Origin: the human T2T-CHM13v2.0 reference genome, Homo sapiens
Assembly (NCBI RefSeq): GCF_009914755.1
Contig: NC_060926.1
Strand: one strand, 5' to 3'
Length of the DNA stretch: 64,000 bases
In this document: piece after piece, positions 1-14,010 of the stretch
Layout of the letters: each line of letters begins with the position of its first letter
Position numbering within the stretch: the first letter of the stretch is position 1
The notes under the pieces: model-generated
Database searches by the model: none
Told to the model about the DNA's origin: nothing
What the model saw: the letters and a program-made list of their open reading frames with translations, nothing else
Made by a program: the position numbers and the translations under genes

Positions 1-3000
1 AATATTAGCACTTGACTAGCTTTAGCTTACCGATGCCAAGACTAGTTTCCTAGTAAGGAGTCTTTAGACTTGTGTAATAATAGGACTCTAAGGAGGTGAC
101 TTCTGTAAAAACAGGAGTCTATAGGTGGAGAGGGGCACACGAATTACCCAATTGCCTATTAGTCAGCTCCTCATAGTCTCTTAGTTCTCAATTCGATTCT
201 TAGACTTTAATTTTTCTCCTACCAGCAACCAATTTTGTTCATAGGGGATGAGATGAATTCAGCAAGGCAAAACATTTGCAATCGCACACCTGTGTGTGTG
301 TAAGATGTTAACAGAGAATGTACAATTGAACAACCAGCCATTGCTTTCTCCCAATCAAGGCTACTCTGATTTTTCTTGTCCTCTCTCACACAACCTTACT
401 ACCAGTGTGCATGTGTGTACATGCACATGCACACACCCCCACACATAAACACACAACCACCAATCACAGTGAGCTTATTTTGTGTTTAGGTTTGGCTTAG
501 ACCTCATTTGTTTTTCTAAGGTTGTAGTTTATATGCCAGCCATCTGCAGGCACAAGTCCTCACTGTTAAACTTCTGTTTTTCCCTTCCTGAATTCCTCAG
601 GGAATGCTGGTCAAGCCTGGATCAAGGGTACATGTAGAAGATATGTCAACTGTTTCTGCCAGATAAAGAAATGGAAATGTTTTGTAAATGCCAGAGCTAA
701 AGCATGGTCCCAAACAATGGATACCATCAACATGAATCAAAGAGTAATGATTAAATTATATTTTATTCTCAAAAAAGGCATGATAATGAGCTTTAAATAC
801 TACAAACCAATGGGATGTATCTGAACAAATGCTAAATCGAAAGTTAATTGAGGATGTACAAAAATCATGCAAAATAACACACATCAAATTATTAAATGAT
901 TGAGCAAATAGTCTTCATGAAACTTTAAAATAGCCATGTGGAGTGGTCAGGAGATGCAATGTGGCTTGGACTCTCGAAGGTAAGAAGGCTTTCCAATTGC
1001 CCTCCATTTGCCCTTCGTCATTTTACAAAGGTAGAGGTAGGCTCTGCTGATTGTGCTGAATAACGGGTAGGGAAAGGGGATGTACATTTCAGTAAAAACA
1101 CTTAGAGGATGGTGACCATGACCATCTAGTTAGATCCTTTCTCTCTTCCACAAATATGGATTAAGCAACTATAGTCCCTAAGGCACTACAGTAGCTGTGG
1201 AAACAGCTCCCTGGTAGAATAAGACTCCACCCAAGCCATGTCCCCATGGATAAGTGCTGTCTCATAGGCAGCAGAGGATGGACCTCTGTTGAAGGAAGCT
1301 GAGGATGGTATCCCCAAAGAGAAAGCATTTTTACCAGGCTAGGGGAATCATTTGTTAAAACTCTGAAACATGCCTTTTGTGAAAATCATAACCTTTTGGG
1401 GGAACAGAGAGAATTTTTTTAAAGCTACAAAGGAGCCAGAACGAAGGAAGAGGAGATGAGAAATGAGAAACAGATTACAGCAATGAGCACAGTGTGTGTG
1501 CACGTGCCTGTGCAGAGGTGTGGAGGTGTTGAATACATTACCTAAGAAGTTTGGGCTTCATTCTGGGTGCAATAGTGCATAAGAGATTAGGGGTCATAGC
1601 CTCTTTTGAGAAACTGATAAAACACTGATCTTTCTCCCAGGGGAAAAAATAGCATACAGACAACCCTGCAAAAATTCATAGACAAATTCACATTTTTCAC
1701 AGTGTCTCTGAAGCCCATGTATGGACCACATATTTATAAAAATATGCAGTGCAGAGCATTAAGCAAAAAAGATTGCTAGCAGGAAATGGACACATCTTAA
1801 GATTAACACGATTTATTCATAACTGTGTGTGCAAAATTTCATTATTTATATACATTTACTAGAAAGCACTATAATATTTGGTATTATTATTCTACCCACT
1901 TAAAGTGAGATCTAAGGAATGATTCTATTCCCGATTACCTGAATTCAAGTTTAAAAAGTTTGATTCTCACCAAACCTTCTCTGCGACACGATTACAATTG
2001 CACAAAAATCAAGCATCCTGAAAATTGTAAGTTTTATATGAATATAAAGAACTTAAAATAGTTGTTATGTGAGGATAGTAAGATTACGGGGGATTAAAAC
2101 ATTTTCTTCATGGGGTTATGAATGTATTAATTACGTATATATTTTAAGAATTCTTCGGTGGCTCTGCTCTTCTTGATTAAAAAACGTGGAAGAAAAAACA
2201 GAGCACATCTCTTCATGTCTTGCTCATCATTGTCCTCTCATCTATGGAATGTGACTAGAAAAAAAAATTAGAGCATCTTAAAGATCAAAGTGACATTTGA
2301 GGTCATCTTATCCAAACGCACAGCCCACAATAGACTCATCTTAGAAACATCCAGCATAGAGATCTCTGCTGATAGGTCACCCAGTTCAAAAGCAAACTCT
2401 CCCTTGCTGAATGGAGACTGTGTTGAGCTGAAACTTTTGACCCTCAACTGTTGCATAAATTTGGCTTTATTCTTCCCATTGGAGCCACAGAGAACATGAG
2501 TATTTTCTGTATTGTTTTTTAAATAGTAATCTATCAGTTGTTTACAAATAGCTATTAAAATCACCTCTACCTAGGCATCTAAGGGCCTCCTATGCAATAT
2601 GTATGCCAAAGTTAAATCAGAGGACTAGCCACCCTATTTCTCATTCTTGTCAGGCCCTCAGTTTCCACCATATTGATTTTACTATACTAATTATCAAAAT
2701 GGGTGTATGGAGGCAGGTATATTCCCTAGGCAAAGGCGGCCATCTTATTTACAGCATGAAATTTCAAGAGAACCTCAGTACATTTGACAAACAGCAGTGT
2801 ATGCTGATATAAATCAAAAGGACCAGTGGTTCTTTCAGTCCATGAGCAATTTTATTGGCATATTCTGAAATAGTTGGTCTTCTCTCCTTCTACTAGGCAG
2901 ACTGCAAAAGCTAAAAGTCAGCATTTAAGGGGTCAGATTCAACGTGAGCCATTCATAACATCACAGGCTATGCTGGGGCAGTACATCTACAGGGGCATAG

Positions 3001-3366
3001 CGAGGACATCATTGTCTCAGCCACCTCCTAGGACACATGGAATACATGTGAGCCACATGGAATACAAGTGACTGATGAAACTGAAAACTGCAGCCAAGGT
3101 GGTTCACACTGTTTCCCAGTCACTGTCACCTCTGTCCTTCTCAGAGGGCTCCCCATGCTGACTGAGGTCCAGGAACAGATACGTGCTTGGGCGATCAGCC
3201 CTTTCTCCTCTCACTTCATCGCCAAGTGCATCACTTCAGTGCTTCCAAGCATAGCTCTGGCTGCTTTCTATGTTTTTTTGTTTTCTAGATGCTTCTGGGA
3301 GGGATCCAACTTCACATTCAATGCCTCCTGAGACTGCAGGAGCCTCTCAGGGTGAGAATGCAAGTC

Positions 3367-3428
3367 GGCCTGGAGGCCACGATGGCTAATGACAGGTGGG
3401 CCTGGAGGCCACCATGGCTAATGACAGG
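3367..3428 (+). repeat. 32-bp tandem duplication (2 copies)
   Basis: GGCCTGGAGGCCAC(G/C)ATGGCTAATGACAGG at 3367 and 3399. Confidence 0.9.
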
Positions 3429-5782
3429 CTTGGTTCCTGGAACCCAGGGCTGTGGCAACAGGAGCCAGAGGCATCCAGTGTGAGCCAGAACCTTCTTGCA
3501 GGTGGATAGGTGGATCTTTGAGACTTTGAGAGAGACCAGAAAAGGCGAATGTGTCCTCAGGTAAAAGGGTAAGACAGAGTTGAGGGAGAGGGTAAAGTAC
3601 AAAACCCAAAACAGGGGACATCTGGACATCAAGATGAGAACCAAAGTTAAGAAAGAGGCACAAGGAGTCAGTAATGTTGCTGGGAGGAGGGCTGAGATAT
3701 CTAAATGTTGTCCTTATTGGGTACAGACCACATGGTCCTGGGACAATGACCTGGACCATGAAAGGGATCCAGGCGGCCAGGACATGTCCTTCGCATGTGG
3801 CTATGTGACAAGCACCCCAGCTTTGTAACTTATCAAAACAGATCACATCAACACCCTATGTTGGCAGTGTGTCTTTGGGCAAATCACTTCACTGAGCTTC
3901 ATATGAAGATGGTCCTAGCTCTGTGACAGTTTTACCAAGGTTGGTGTTAACATACACACAGTGCCTCCTACAGTATCTGGCATGTAGCTGATGACCATAT
4001 GTTGTCAGCATGTCAACATCATTGGTGTTGTCTTAAGGCTCGCTGTGTCCAAACTCAGCCCATTCTCCAAGCATGCCTTAGCCTAGTTCCTTCCCTGGAG
4101 TAGTCAGGATTTTCAGCTGCATGAATCCAGTATTCAGAATTTTCTGGGAAACTCCTAATTACAAATACTCTACCTCATTGTCCCATAAATCAACTTATCT
4201 GTGCAGGTTTTCTGATTGCTTGTTCAGAAAACAACTTCTTCCTATTCAAGGAACTTTAAGGACTACCAATTTTTTGACTTTGTTTGCTAGAAGTCTACAG
4301 AGCCTCCCTGGATGCTGCCAGTGTAGACAGTGCAATCCCACTGGGGTTATGTGTCTGAATTGATGCAGATGGAGCTTTTATCTAGACTCGAGAGGTAGAA
4401 AGAAGAGGTAGGAGTTTGGGTTTAACTGAGAACTGGGAGTACAGAGAGGTGGTTGAGGGGGACTCTTGGTGGTTAGTGGGAAAGCCAGAGAAAGACAGAT
4501 CTTTGCTAGAAATGCTATGAGTCTGGAAACAAGAAACACAGTTAGGGGCCAACCAATGGAGACTGGCACTGGGTCAGGGGAGAGGTCATTCTTTTGCCTT
4601 AGCCCAGATCCCAACACCTCTCTGGCACCCCTTCCACCTGGCTGGTGGCCTCGGGAGCACTTGGCTCATCTGCACAGACACGGGACTTCTTTCCATGGGT
4701 ACTTGAGGCCAAGGCAGCAATAAGCCTCCTGCAAGGAGCTCCATGGGTGGCAGGCATAGGCAGTGATGCGGGCCAGGAGACATGACAAATGCTCTTCAGA
4801 GCAACCCAAGGGTGTTGCTTCGCAAGGTACAGGCAATGCTGGGGAGTCATGGCTGTGGCCACAGACCATGGAGCTGAAGATGCCAGGAATGATGACCATG
4901 ATGAGGAGGAGGGGGAGGATCGGTGAAGAAGAGGATAGGATATCACAGTGTTGCAAAAGGAGTGCTCTTTTCTAGCCCTCAGTCATAGGTTCTGGAAAAT
5001 TTAAGGAGAAATTGTTCTCACACTAAATTTGAGCCAGTACTCACAGTTTCTCATTGCCAGAAGGAGGCTTAAATTCATTCAGTTAATGATACATAAGCAG
5101 GATTTTCTACTCAAGTCCCCAGAGAACTATGCATCTGTCCCTTTACAAAGCAAGGAAACTGAGGCAAGAGGAGCTGAGGCATGTGCTGCAAGCTAAAATC
5201 CCCATCCTGCATTCCTCAGTGGACCTCCCTTCCCCAGGGAGGGCTTGAGCCTGCACATTTAATCAATAGCTTGATAGATTTTCTTTCTCTGCTTTCAAAA
5301 GATATTATTTCTAGGCTGTGAAAAAGCACGGGAAATTTGCATTTCAATATAGAATGTTTTTTAACAACAATAAGAACCCTGCTCTTTTCAGACTAAGATA
5401 GCAGCCTGTTTTCCCCTTTCTGAATCAAAGGGGCCACTGGATACTCATTGAAGACCTAGAGGAAAGCATCCCTCCCTCTCTAGTCCTGGGTAAAACAGTG
5501 AGGGTCTGCTCTAGGATACAAGTGGCCCCTATTGACAGCCAGTAGCCCACAGCAAGGAAATTATCAAAAATTTAACTAATTTTGAGTTAAGTGTTTGAAA
5601 GACAATTCAGGATAAATTAATAAAGTGATCAAGTAGCCTAGATTTTAAAATAGGATAAACATAAAGCCTAACATCAATTTTCTCTGCATAAAGATTATCT
5701 GTTTCCTTCTCTCTTCTCTCAATAGGAGGTATGTGTCTTGCTGCTTAGCCTAACCTCTCCTTCCAGCCTTCTGGACCCTACC

Positions 5783-6164
5783 TGATATGGTCTGGCTCTG
5801 TGTCCCCACCCAAATCTCATCTTGAATTGTAATCTGAATTGTAATCCCCACATGTTAGGGAAGGGACGTCGTGGGAGGTGATTAGATCACGGGGGCAGTC
5901 CCCCCATGCTGTTCTCATGATAGTGAGTGAGTTCTCATGAGACCTGATGGTTTTATAAGGAGCCTTTCCCCCGCTTCACTCAGCACTTCTCCTTCTTGCC
6001 GCCATGTGAAGAAAGATGTGTTTGCTTTTCCTTCCACCATGATTGTTAAGTTTCCTGAAACCTCCCCAGCCCTGTGGAACTGTGAGTCAATTAAACCTCT
6101 TTCTTAATAAACTACCCAGTCTCGGGTATTTCCACATAGCAGCGTGAAAACAGACTAACATACA
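5783..6164 (+). mobile_element. MaLR solo LTR (THE1D/MSTA-like)
   Basis: TGATATGG...CCCCACCCAAATCTCATCTTGAATTGT start; ATTAAACCTCTTT and AGACTAACATACA end. Confidence 0.9.
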
Positions 6165-9100
6165 ACCCCTCTCCACTGCTCCTCAAGACCGGGCTTCAAC
6201 TCTGCTCTTTCTGTTGCTCTTCAGGCTTTTTCCCTCTCTTAGCTCCTTTCCTCTCACTTTGCAAACTATATGCAAATTTTCCCAATCCACTGTTTAATTT
6301 AAAACATAAAGAATGAAGATCAACCACCTTTTATTTTGTGTTGGTCTTCTTCCCTCTCCTTCTTTCTGATTCTAGGAAAGCAGTCAGAAAATAGAAAACC
6401 CACCCTCAGTCCCCTAACTCCAAGCACTCTCTACCACCCTCCTCTTCCCTCTCTAGATTTCATTATTCCACTTCTGAAAGTGCTACACTTTCCTCCCTGC
6501 TATGTTGAGTATTCATTACAGCTTAATCATCTCAAAGCCTTGGGTTAAACTGACTCTAACACAGAAAGAAAAGGTTAATAATCACAGACATGATAATTGC
6601 TCTTATATCTATCCACATGTGCAATAAGTCATGCTGCAGCAACCAAAACTGACAGAGAGAGGTGTTCTGCTGAGGCTGCCAGAACACACCTAAAGGGAAG
6701 CCCAGTGTCAAGGAAACCTATTAGAATGATTGTATTAGTGGTAAATGGAATGCAAATGACAAGGTCTTAAAAAAAGATGAAGTCAAGCGCTCTCTGATGA
6801 ACACAAGCCAACTTTTGAAAGAAGGATGAAAGATCTTGAAGTGAAAAATAATAATAACAATAATGCATCTTTAGGAATCAGTCAATGTAAGGGCAAGGTA
6901 TGGGGTATCTCACTAACCATCAGGTTGGTCAAGATTCAAAAAGGAAAGAAAAACATTGTTAGAGTCTAGAATTTGATGGGTGCCAAGATACAATCTAAGG
7001 CTATCAACACAGGCAAGAATCTGATGAATTTCACCAATGTAACCAAGCGTGGAATAATATATTTCCCAAACCACCTAATCATTTGCCCAAAAATATAAGA
7101 AGTATCATTGTCATTATCAGTTTACCTTAAATATTATATTGATTAATAGAATAAATGGGGATTCCTCGGCCAACAAGATGTCCTGTATTTCTGAGCAATA
7201 TTTTCATGTATTGCAAATCTAATTAACTTCAAATCCATTGTCTGGTCTCTTGTGTTCAAAATTAATGAGATTTTTATGCAGTCTATCGGAGAAACAGCTT
7301 CATGTCCTCCTATCATTTCCTCAGATGCTCAGAGCCACAAGGACTTCCAACTAGAAAATTAAATAGACAACACTCTTTACGTTTGATCAAATGTTACATC
7401 CACACATCTAAATTTCAAAGCTAAGGTCAAAGTATGGAGTCGACATATGAGCCCTTTTTTAGTTAAGACATTTTGAATATGCCTGCCTTTATCTGCACCA
7501 TACCTCCTTTAGGGGGCCGAGCCCCACCTGCCATTCTTAGACTGTGACTGGCTCCTCGCTGGGCTCTCAGGTCCTCTGCCCACCCTGTAAATGGCCACTC
7601 TATAGCCAGAGCACTCAGTGCTCAATGGGAAATTGTATTTATTCCTCTGTGTCTCTTGTTAAAGTATTCCTTTGGGAGCAAAGAACAACCTCCTCAGCAT
7701 GGTTCACAAAGGTTTCCAGAATCTCACCCTGCCGTGCGTCTCTCATCTACCTCTCCAGCAGGGCTGCACCCTTGGCCCAGGTGGGAACCACCCAGTGATT
7801 TGAAACTCCCTACATTGTCCAGCCTGCCTTCCTGCTTCTGCCTTCACCCTGATCTCCTTCAGAGGCAGTTTACCCCTCTTCTGTGAAGTCTTCCCATTCC
7901 TCCCTAGACAGTCACAGCTCCATTGCCTGTTTTTCAAAGTAGCACAAAATTCCACTTTTAGATTGATTTCTGAGGGTTTATTTGCCTTTCTGCCTTCTCC
8001 AGTTGAGTGTAAGTTCCTGGGGTCACAGGCTCTGTTTTATTTATTTTGCTCACTTATTTCTAGGTGCTGTCACAATGAGTGTTTGGAAAATATCTGTTAA
8101 GGAAAGGAAATGGATGAAATGAAATGAATAAATGAATGAGTCTCTGTATCCCGAGACTGGAGCCAGCTCACTCACTGGACAAAGCCGGTGAGGCTGCCAG
8201 CGTCATGTTCAGGCCCCAGCAAGTTGTTTGGTCCCTGCTGTCTTGTGTTTGCATTTAAAAGGGCTTGCCCCAAGCCTCCCAGTGGGGACAGAGGATGGGA
8301 GGGACGCAGATCACATCTCTTTTCCATAGGTTACAGAGTACTCACTCCCTAAGTCTCGCGTTCCACTGCTAGTATCTTTGGCCTAACAGGCTCTCCCAGA
8401 TTTCATGAATGCCTCCTTACAAAGAAGGGGCAAGAGGCATGCAGAGAGGAGCTGGTGCTGGGCTGGCTCAGCCACCCTGGGTCACATTTCCTGTCCCAAA
8501 CCCAGAGGGACACCCTTTGCCTCTCCCTCCTCCCCAGATAGCCAGGCTGTGATGGACAAGGACCTCCCTCTGTTGCCACTGGCAGATTCCCAGTTCCCTT
8601 CAAGGGTCTGGAGGCATAGGATGTGCAGGGACTGGATGCACCAGGAAATTCAATGAGGAGAAATCAGTCCAATGGGCCGTCTTCCAAAGGCAAATGACCT
8701 GAAAGCTCAGTGGCTAGTAGGTAACCAGCTCCTCTTCCAGTAAGCCCCGGAGTAAGAAATGTGTCTTCTGGACTCAGAATCCCAATATCTCTTTAAATAA
8801 TTACTTGTCCCTGTGTAGGCAAGTTTGGAAAGAAGCAAAAATTTTATAATGTAGACTGTTTTGAACTTCCTGATCTCAAATCCGTAATTCCGAATATTCT
8901 CAGAGCAGGTATCTAATCATATTAAACAGATCATGTGTTTCCTGAGGTCGGATCCATATGCACTACCTGGGACCTCCCTGTAACACTGTTCACAAGTATG
9001 ACCGGGAGGAAAAGTGTATTTTTGCCTACTTTGGGCCAGACACATCCCCTAACTCATTTCATTTGAGCTTTTCTGGAATACAGGTGTTATTCTCCCAACT

Positions 9101-10322
9101 TTACGGATGAGAAAATGGGGCCTCAGGGAAATAAAACGACTCACCCAGAGTACCCAGCTGGGGTCCCTGGAACCTCACTCTGCAGGTCCCAAAGCCTCTG
9201 TTTTGTCCACAGGACTTCAATGTTCCTGCCTGGTGAGGGTCGCTCAGACTATTCTGAATGGGCTTAGGGGTCTTGGTATCAAGAAGTCCCCGTGGGTTAA
9301 CAATCTTACTTGGGAATAAGGGACCCAAATTTTCTGAACCCCAAAGCACAGCATAGTCTGCCTTCTGTAAGGTAAAATACAAGAAGTGAGGACTGACCCC
9401 CTTTACCTCCACGCCCCCAGCCCTCACCCCCATCCCAACCTTGTTACCAAGATGAGGGCGCCTTTTGCCATTTCCAGTGTGAAACTTCTATCTGGTAAGG
9501 GGTGGTCAAAGTGAGTCACAATATTTGATTAGCTGTGAAAAGTGCTCTTAATGTCAATGATGGAACTCTTCTATCAGGTTAGGGTGAATAGGAAGGGGAG
9601 GACAGAGAAAAGATCAGGCCTAGCAGGATGCGGGGGAGCAGAGACTCAACTTCAGAGCCATGGTCTCCAGTTCTCACTTCCCCACTTATTATACGCAACA
9701 ACTGACCTCCACTGCTGAGCACTCCTGTGTCCAGTTTCCACATCCATAAAACAAAAATAAAGCCCTCTTAGCATTATCACTATGGGGTTAAATGAGAAAG
9801 TGTACATGAACATAGGAAGCACATAAATGGAGTTCTTACCTTGGCCCAAAAGAAATGCTCCCATCCAGGATTTGTCCTGAATGTGATAACTGGCCTCCCC
9901 ATGAGATCCACAGCAGAAGGGCCAACCTTGCTCTGCACATGCTCGGTCCAGGAACCCCACCCTGGGCCATTTCAGTAGTCAAAGAGGCCACAGTGAAGAC
10001 AGATATAGAAATTTAATTCTTGTCAAAGTTTTTCTAGTGATGTCATTCACATATGACAACCAAAAAACTGTCATCTAGAAAGGAGCCAGAACATATTATG
10101 GTTAAAAACAGAGAACTGGGAGGCTAGCGTAAGGAGCTGTAGTGATCTATGTGTACAATGGACCATGACATAAAAGCTTAATGAGCAGCTTCAAAGTGCT
10201 ACTTAGAACATCTCTGTTACTCAGGAAGTCTTCTGTCATGCTCTGTGACACTCATTTGTAAACTGTAGGGATGCTATTTTTTTATTTAGTTAGACCATTA
10301 GACCAAAAATATGTTTTGGCAA

Positions 10323-10468
10323 AAGAGAAAGGGGAGGAGGAGGGAGGAGAGAGGGAGGGAGAAGTGAGGAGCGAGGAGGAAGGGAAGAGGTGCAAGGAGA
10401 AAGAGTGAGGAAGGGAGAGAAATAAGAATAAGAGGGAGGAGGAAGAGAGAAAGGAGGAAGAGGAGAAA
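10323..10468 (+). repeat. GA-rich polypurine tract
   Basis: Almost all A/G. Confidence 0.9.
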
Positions 10469-11396
10469 ACTTGCAGCGGAAGCTGGAAAAAATCAGATCC
10501 AGATGGGGCTGCTGTGCTTGGCTGGGGAGGAGGGCCAGAGACCTGACTTTCTGCCTGACTGAAGGCTCTTCTTTGCTAAACACCTCTTGCATTCCCTCCT
10601 TAGGAGCCCCAGGAGAGATTAGATAGTAGTGCACCCAGAAAAGCCCGACCAACAGAATACCTGGGAATGACCTCGCGTGGCTCTGGAAGGGCGTCCAGGA
10701 CATAGCAGTATTTCCATGTCCACCTCTCCCCTCTCCAGCCACACCAGGCACCACCAGCACCCACTCGCACCATGAGCTCCCATGACTCCACCCACTGGCA
10801 TCCCCTAAGTCCATTTTCCAGGCTGTCTTCCTAAATCTATCTTCTTGTCTAAAACTCAAGAGCTACTCATTTTCTGGGTGTGTCCTCCATCTTTCGTGAA
10901 AGTTGTCTCCTCTTCCCTCTTAGCATGCATTAGTTATTCCTGATTCCACGGGAGCAATATCGCCATGGCACTGTCAGTGCCTTGTAGGTCTGTCTCCCAG
11001 CTAGGTTATGACCTCCTGAAGGAAAGGACGATCTCTTAGCTTCTTTTATCCCCATAACAGGCTTAGCACATAAGAAATGATCAATAAATTTTAAGTGAAG
11101 AGTAAAGAAATTACCCTGGAGAATGAAAATTCAGTGGGTGTTCTACTAGCACATATAATAAAATAGCTATTTCATTCAATGAGAGTAACACAGCAAGAAT
11201 TTGAAGGAACATTACGGAAAGAGCACAATTCTTGGAAGCAGTCAAGCTTTGGTTCAAATTTTTAAAGTTGGGTGACTTTGTGCCTCACCTTCCTCATCTG
11301 TGAAATGGGGCTGAGGATGTACTCAACTTGCAGGTGCGTTCTGGTGGTCAGGTGACTTTGTGAGTGAGAAAGGACCTGGCTCAGGGCAGCCCGCAG

Positions 11397-12000
11397 TATG
11401 TCAGTTACCTGGGATGGCTGTAAGAAAGTCCCACAAACTGGATGGCTTAAGCAACAGAAATCTTTTCCTTTCATGGTTCCGGAGGCCAGAAGCCTGAAAT
11501 CAGCCGGGCCATGCTCCTTCTCAAACCCATGGAAGAGAATCATTCCTTGCCTTGTCCTAGCCTCTGATGTTTGCTGGAAATCCTTGGCATGAGATATCTG
11601 AGGTATGGAGAGGTCACGTCACTTGCCAACGGCAGCACAGCTGGGAGTGGCCACACACCGGCTTGGAACCCGGGCTGTCTGGCCTCAGAATCTGGGTTCT
11701 TCACATCACATTTGTATTGTCATTCGACTGGCAGTGCGCTCACAGCTGCCTCTCCCTGTCTGACAGTGAACTCACAGCTGCCTCCCCCTGATTTCCTGCC
11801 TTTGCTGTCCAATGGCCCCTCTTCTCCTTATATGCTTCTGTCTTCTCTTCTTGTAAGGTCACAGTCCTACTGGATTAGGGCCCACACTAATTACTTCATG
11901 CTAACTAATTACATCTACAAAGTCCCTATTTCCAAATAAGGCCACATGCACAGGTCCTAGGGGCTAGGGCTTCTACATCTGTTTGAGGGACACAATCAGC
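11397..12000 (-). mobile_element. MLT1 MaLR LTR interrupted by a MIR-derived segment
   Basis: GGCTTAAGCAACAGAAAT...GGATTAGGGCCCAC...ATTTCCAAATAAGGCCACAT...GGGACACAATCAGC pattern. Confidence 0.75.
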
Positions 12001-12013
12001 TGGGACACTCCGT

Positions 12014-12280
12014 GAATGACGATAGAAATGTGACATGAAGAACAGAAACTCTGAGGCCACACAGCCCGGGTTCCAAGCCAGCGCAGCCTCTCCCGGCTGT
12101 GCTGCCCTTTGGCGAGTGACTTGACCTCTCCACACCTCGGGGGCCTTATCTGTGACGTGGGAATCAGAATGCTACTAGCTCGTAGAGGTGCTGGAAGAAT
12201 CTGTGAGTATATAGAGGTAAAGGGCTTACAAAATGCCTGACTTATGGAAAGTGCTACACAAATGTTAGCTATCGTCATAT
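12014..12280 (+). mobile_element. MIR SINE
   Basis: GGGTTCCAAGCC...TTGGCGAGTGACTTGACCTCTC...TATCTGTGACGTGGG...GTAAAGGGCTTA...GTTAGCTAT. Confidence 0.7.
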
Positions 12281-13866
12281 TCCCAGTTGAAATACACTCT
12301 CCCTGTATTCATAGGTAGCCCTGTGTGGGGAAGATCAGATACACATGTGCATCGGAGAGGGTCTGTGTGTGCAGGGGGCCGTGAAGACTGGTTATGGGCA
12401 CTCATGAGTGAGAAAGATGCAGAGAAAGATTATGACAACCGAGTTTATAGAAAATGATTTAAAACATGAGGCAAACACCAATGCCTCTTCTGGAGACCCC
12501 CAAAAAGGTCCGCTTTGTTCCTCCAGCAAAGGCACCCCACATGTTGTAGTCACCTGCACACAGGTGAGTGCCACTTCTCTCAAGGGACAACTGGTTCCAA
12601 TGGCTTCACACTCTATTCCAGAGCCGTGGCAGCAGGTGGCCTTGTCCTGGGGCCCTGGCCGTCTGCTGCTGTACAGGGCATCTCATAAGCAGCACAGGGG
12701 CAGAGCAGCACAGTGAGCATGGTAACACGGCTGTGTGAGAGGCAGGCCATCTGGGAAGCCCTGCTAGGCAGAGACCCAGAAAAGCGAGGTCAGCAGCAAG
12801 TTGCTTTCCATGTATTTCTTTCCATTCAGAGCTAATATTCAGTTTTCACGTTACAAATAACTATCCCTAGCAATGTTTTACTTCAAAATCTGAATGGAGC
12901 GTTTAGGGAGAAGAACAGTGGTCAATGCACCTTGGACCAAGGCTCCTGCTCCCCACCACATCTGGAGATGGTTTGTCACTGCTTATCCAACCCGTCTCCC
13001 CATGACCACCATTCTCAGGGGGCTCAGCCTCTGTGTGAGAGCAGGGGCTGCACGGCCACCTCTCCCATGTCTTTGCCCTGGCTGGTGTCACTCTGCAAAG
13101 GCTGCAGGGGACAACGGGGGCCCCAGAGGGAGAGCCTGCAGAGAGGGACTTGGCCAAGCTGGCTAGCATAGACCGCACACTGGACAGAAGTTCGCAGACT
13201 AGGAAATCAGTGCCAACTGCCCAAAGGCTGTGCTGTTGGGGAACAGCTGGGATGGGGCAGTCAGCAAGACTGGGGATGCATGGGCTCCCCTGAGCCTTCT
13301 AGGCATCTCCTGGGAAAAAGCCGACCTCAATGCCTGGGCTACCCCAGGGCAAGGTGGGCCCTCCTTCTGTATTTGCCGCTTGATCCATGGGACCATTGTG
13401 TGCTCACTTCTTCCTTTAATCGACCCCTAGCACTGTTGAGAAACAGGATCCCTGCCAAGTACTGGGGACAAGTGCCATAGGAAGCTTAGGATCCAAGAGA
13501 GAGCCACAAGATTCCAGAATACAGGGCCTCGGAGAGAGGCGAGCAGAGCCTACACAGAGGAGAGACCCATACTCTGCCTGAAAATGACAAGGAGGGTCCC
13601 TGAAGAAAAAGATCCCCGAGCCAGGCCCTAACAACGCAGAGAAACCTGCCAGGTCAGTGCAAGCCCAGGCACTGGCTGGAAACAGACAGAGGAGGACCGG
13701 AGGCGTCCTCAGAGGTGTGAATGATGAGGGCCTATGTGGCCAGAAAGCCCACATCAATTAAAGCAGAAGTCATCAAGAAAGATCATGCTCACGGACTTAC
13801 ACTCAAGCCCTATAAGCGGTGTATGCATGCGAGTGTGTGTGTGTGTATCTGTTTACACATTACATG

Positions 13867-14010
13867 CAGTGATGTGTTGGTGAACGTTTAACAGCTGGCT
13901 GGGGATGGAAGAACCCTCCTTTGTCACATTTGTTCACTGCCGTGAGGTAAATGCTCCAGGTGCCAGGTCAGGAGCCAGGAAGTGCTCAGTGGCCTTGCAC
14001 CAGCACCAGC
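13867..14010. mobile_element. Probable hAT-type DNA transposon (MITE) remnant
   Basis: CAGTGATGTGTTGGTGAACGTTTAACA start and ...GCACCAGCACCA end resemble degenerate terminal inverted repeats. Confidence 0.4.

Noticed and set aside
3077-3089. ISRE-like GAAACTGAAAACT (also near 16497 and 42022)
   Set aside because: Short isolated matches are expected in 64 kb, with no clustering or promoter context.
2268-14000. Many short ORFs in the left part of the window
   Set aside because: No recognisable domains, many non-ATG starts and no exon chain. Consistent with intergenic background.
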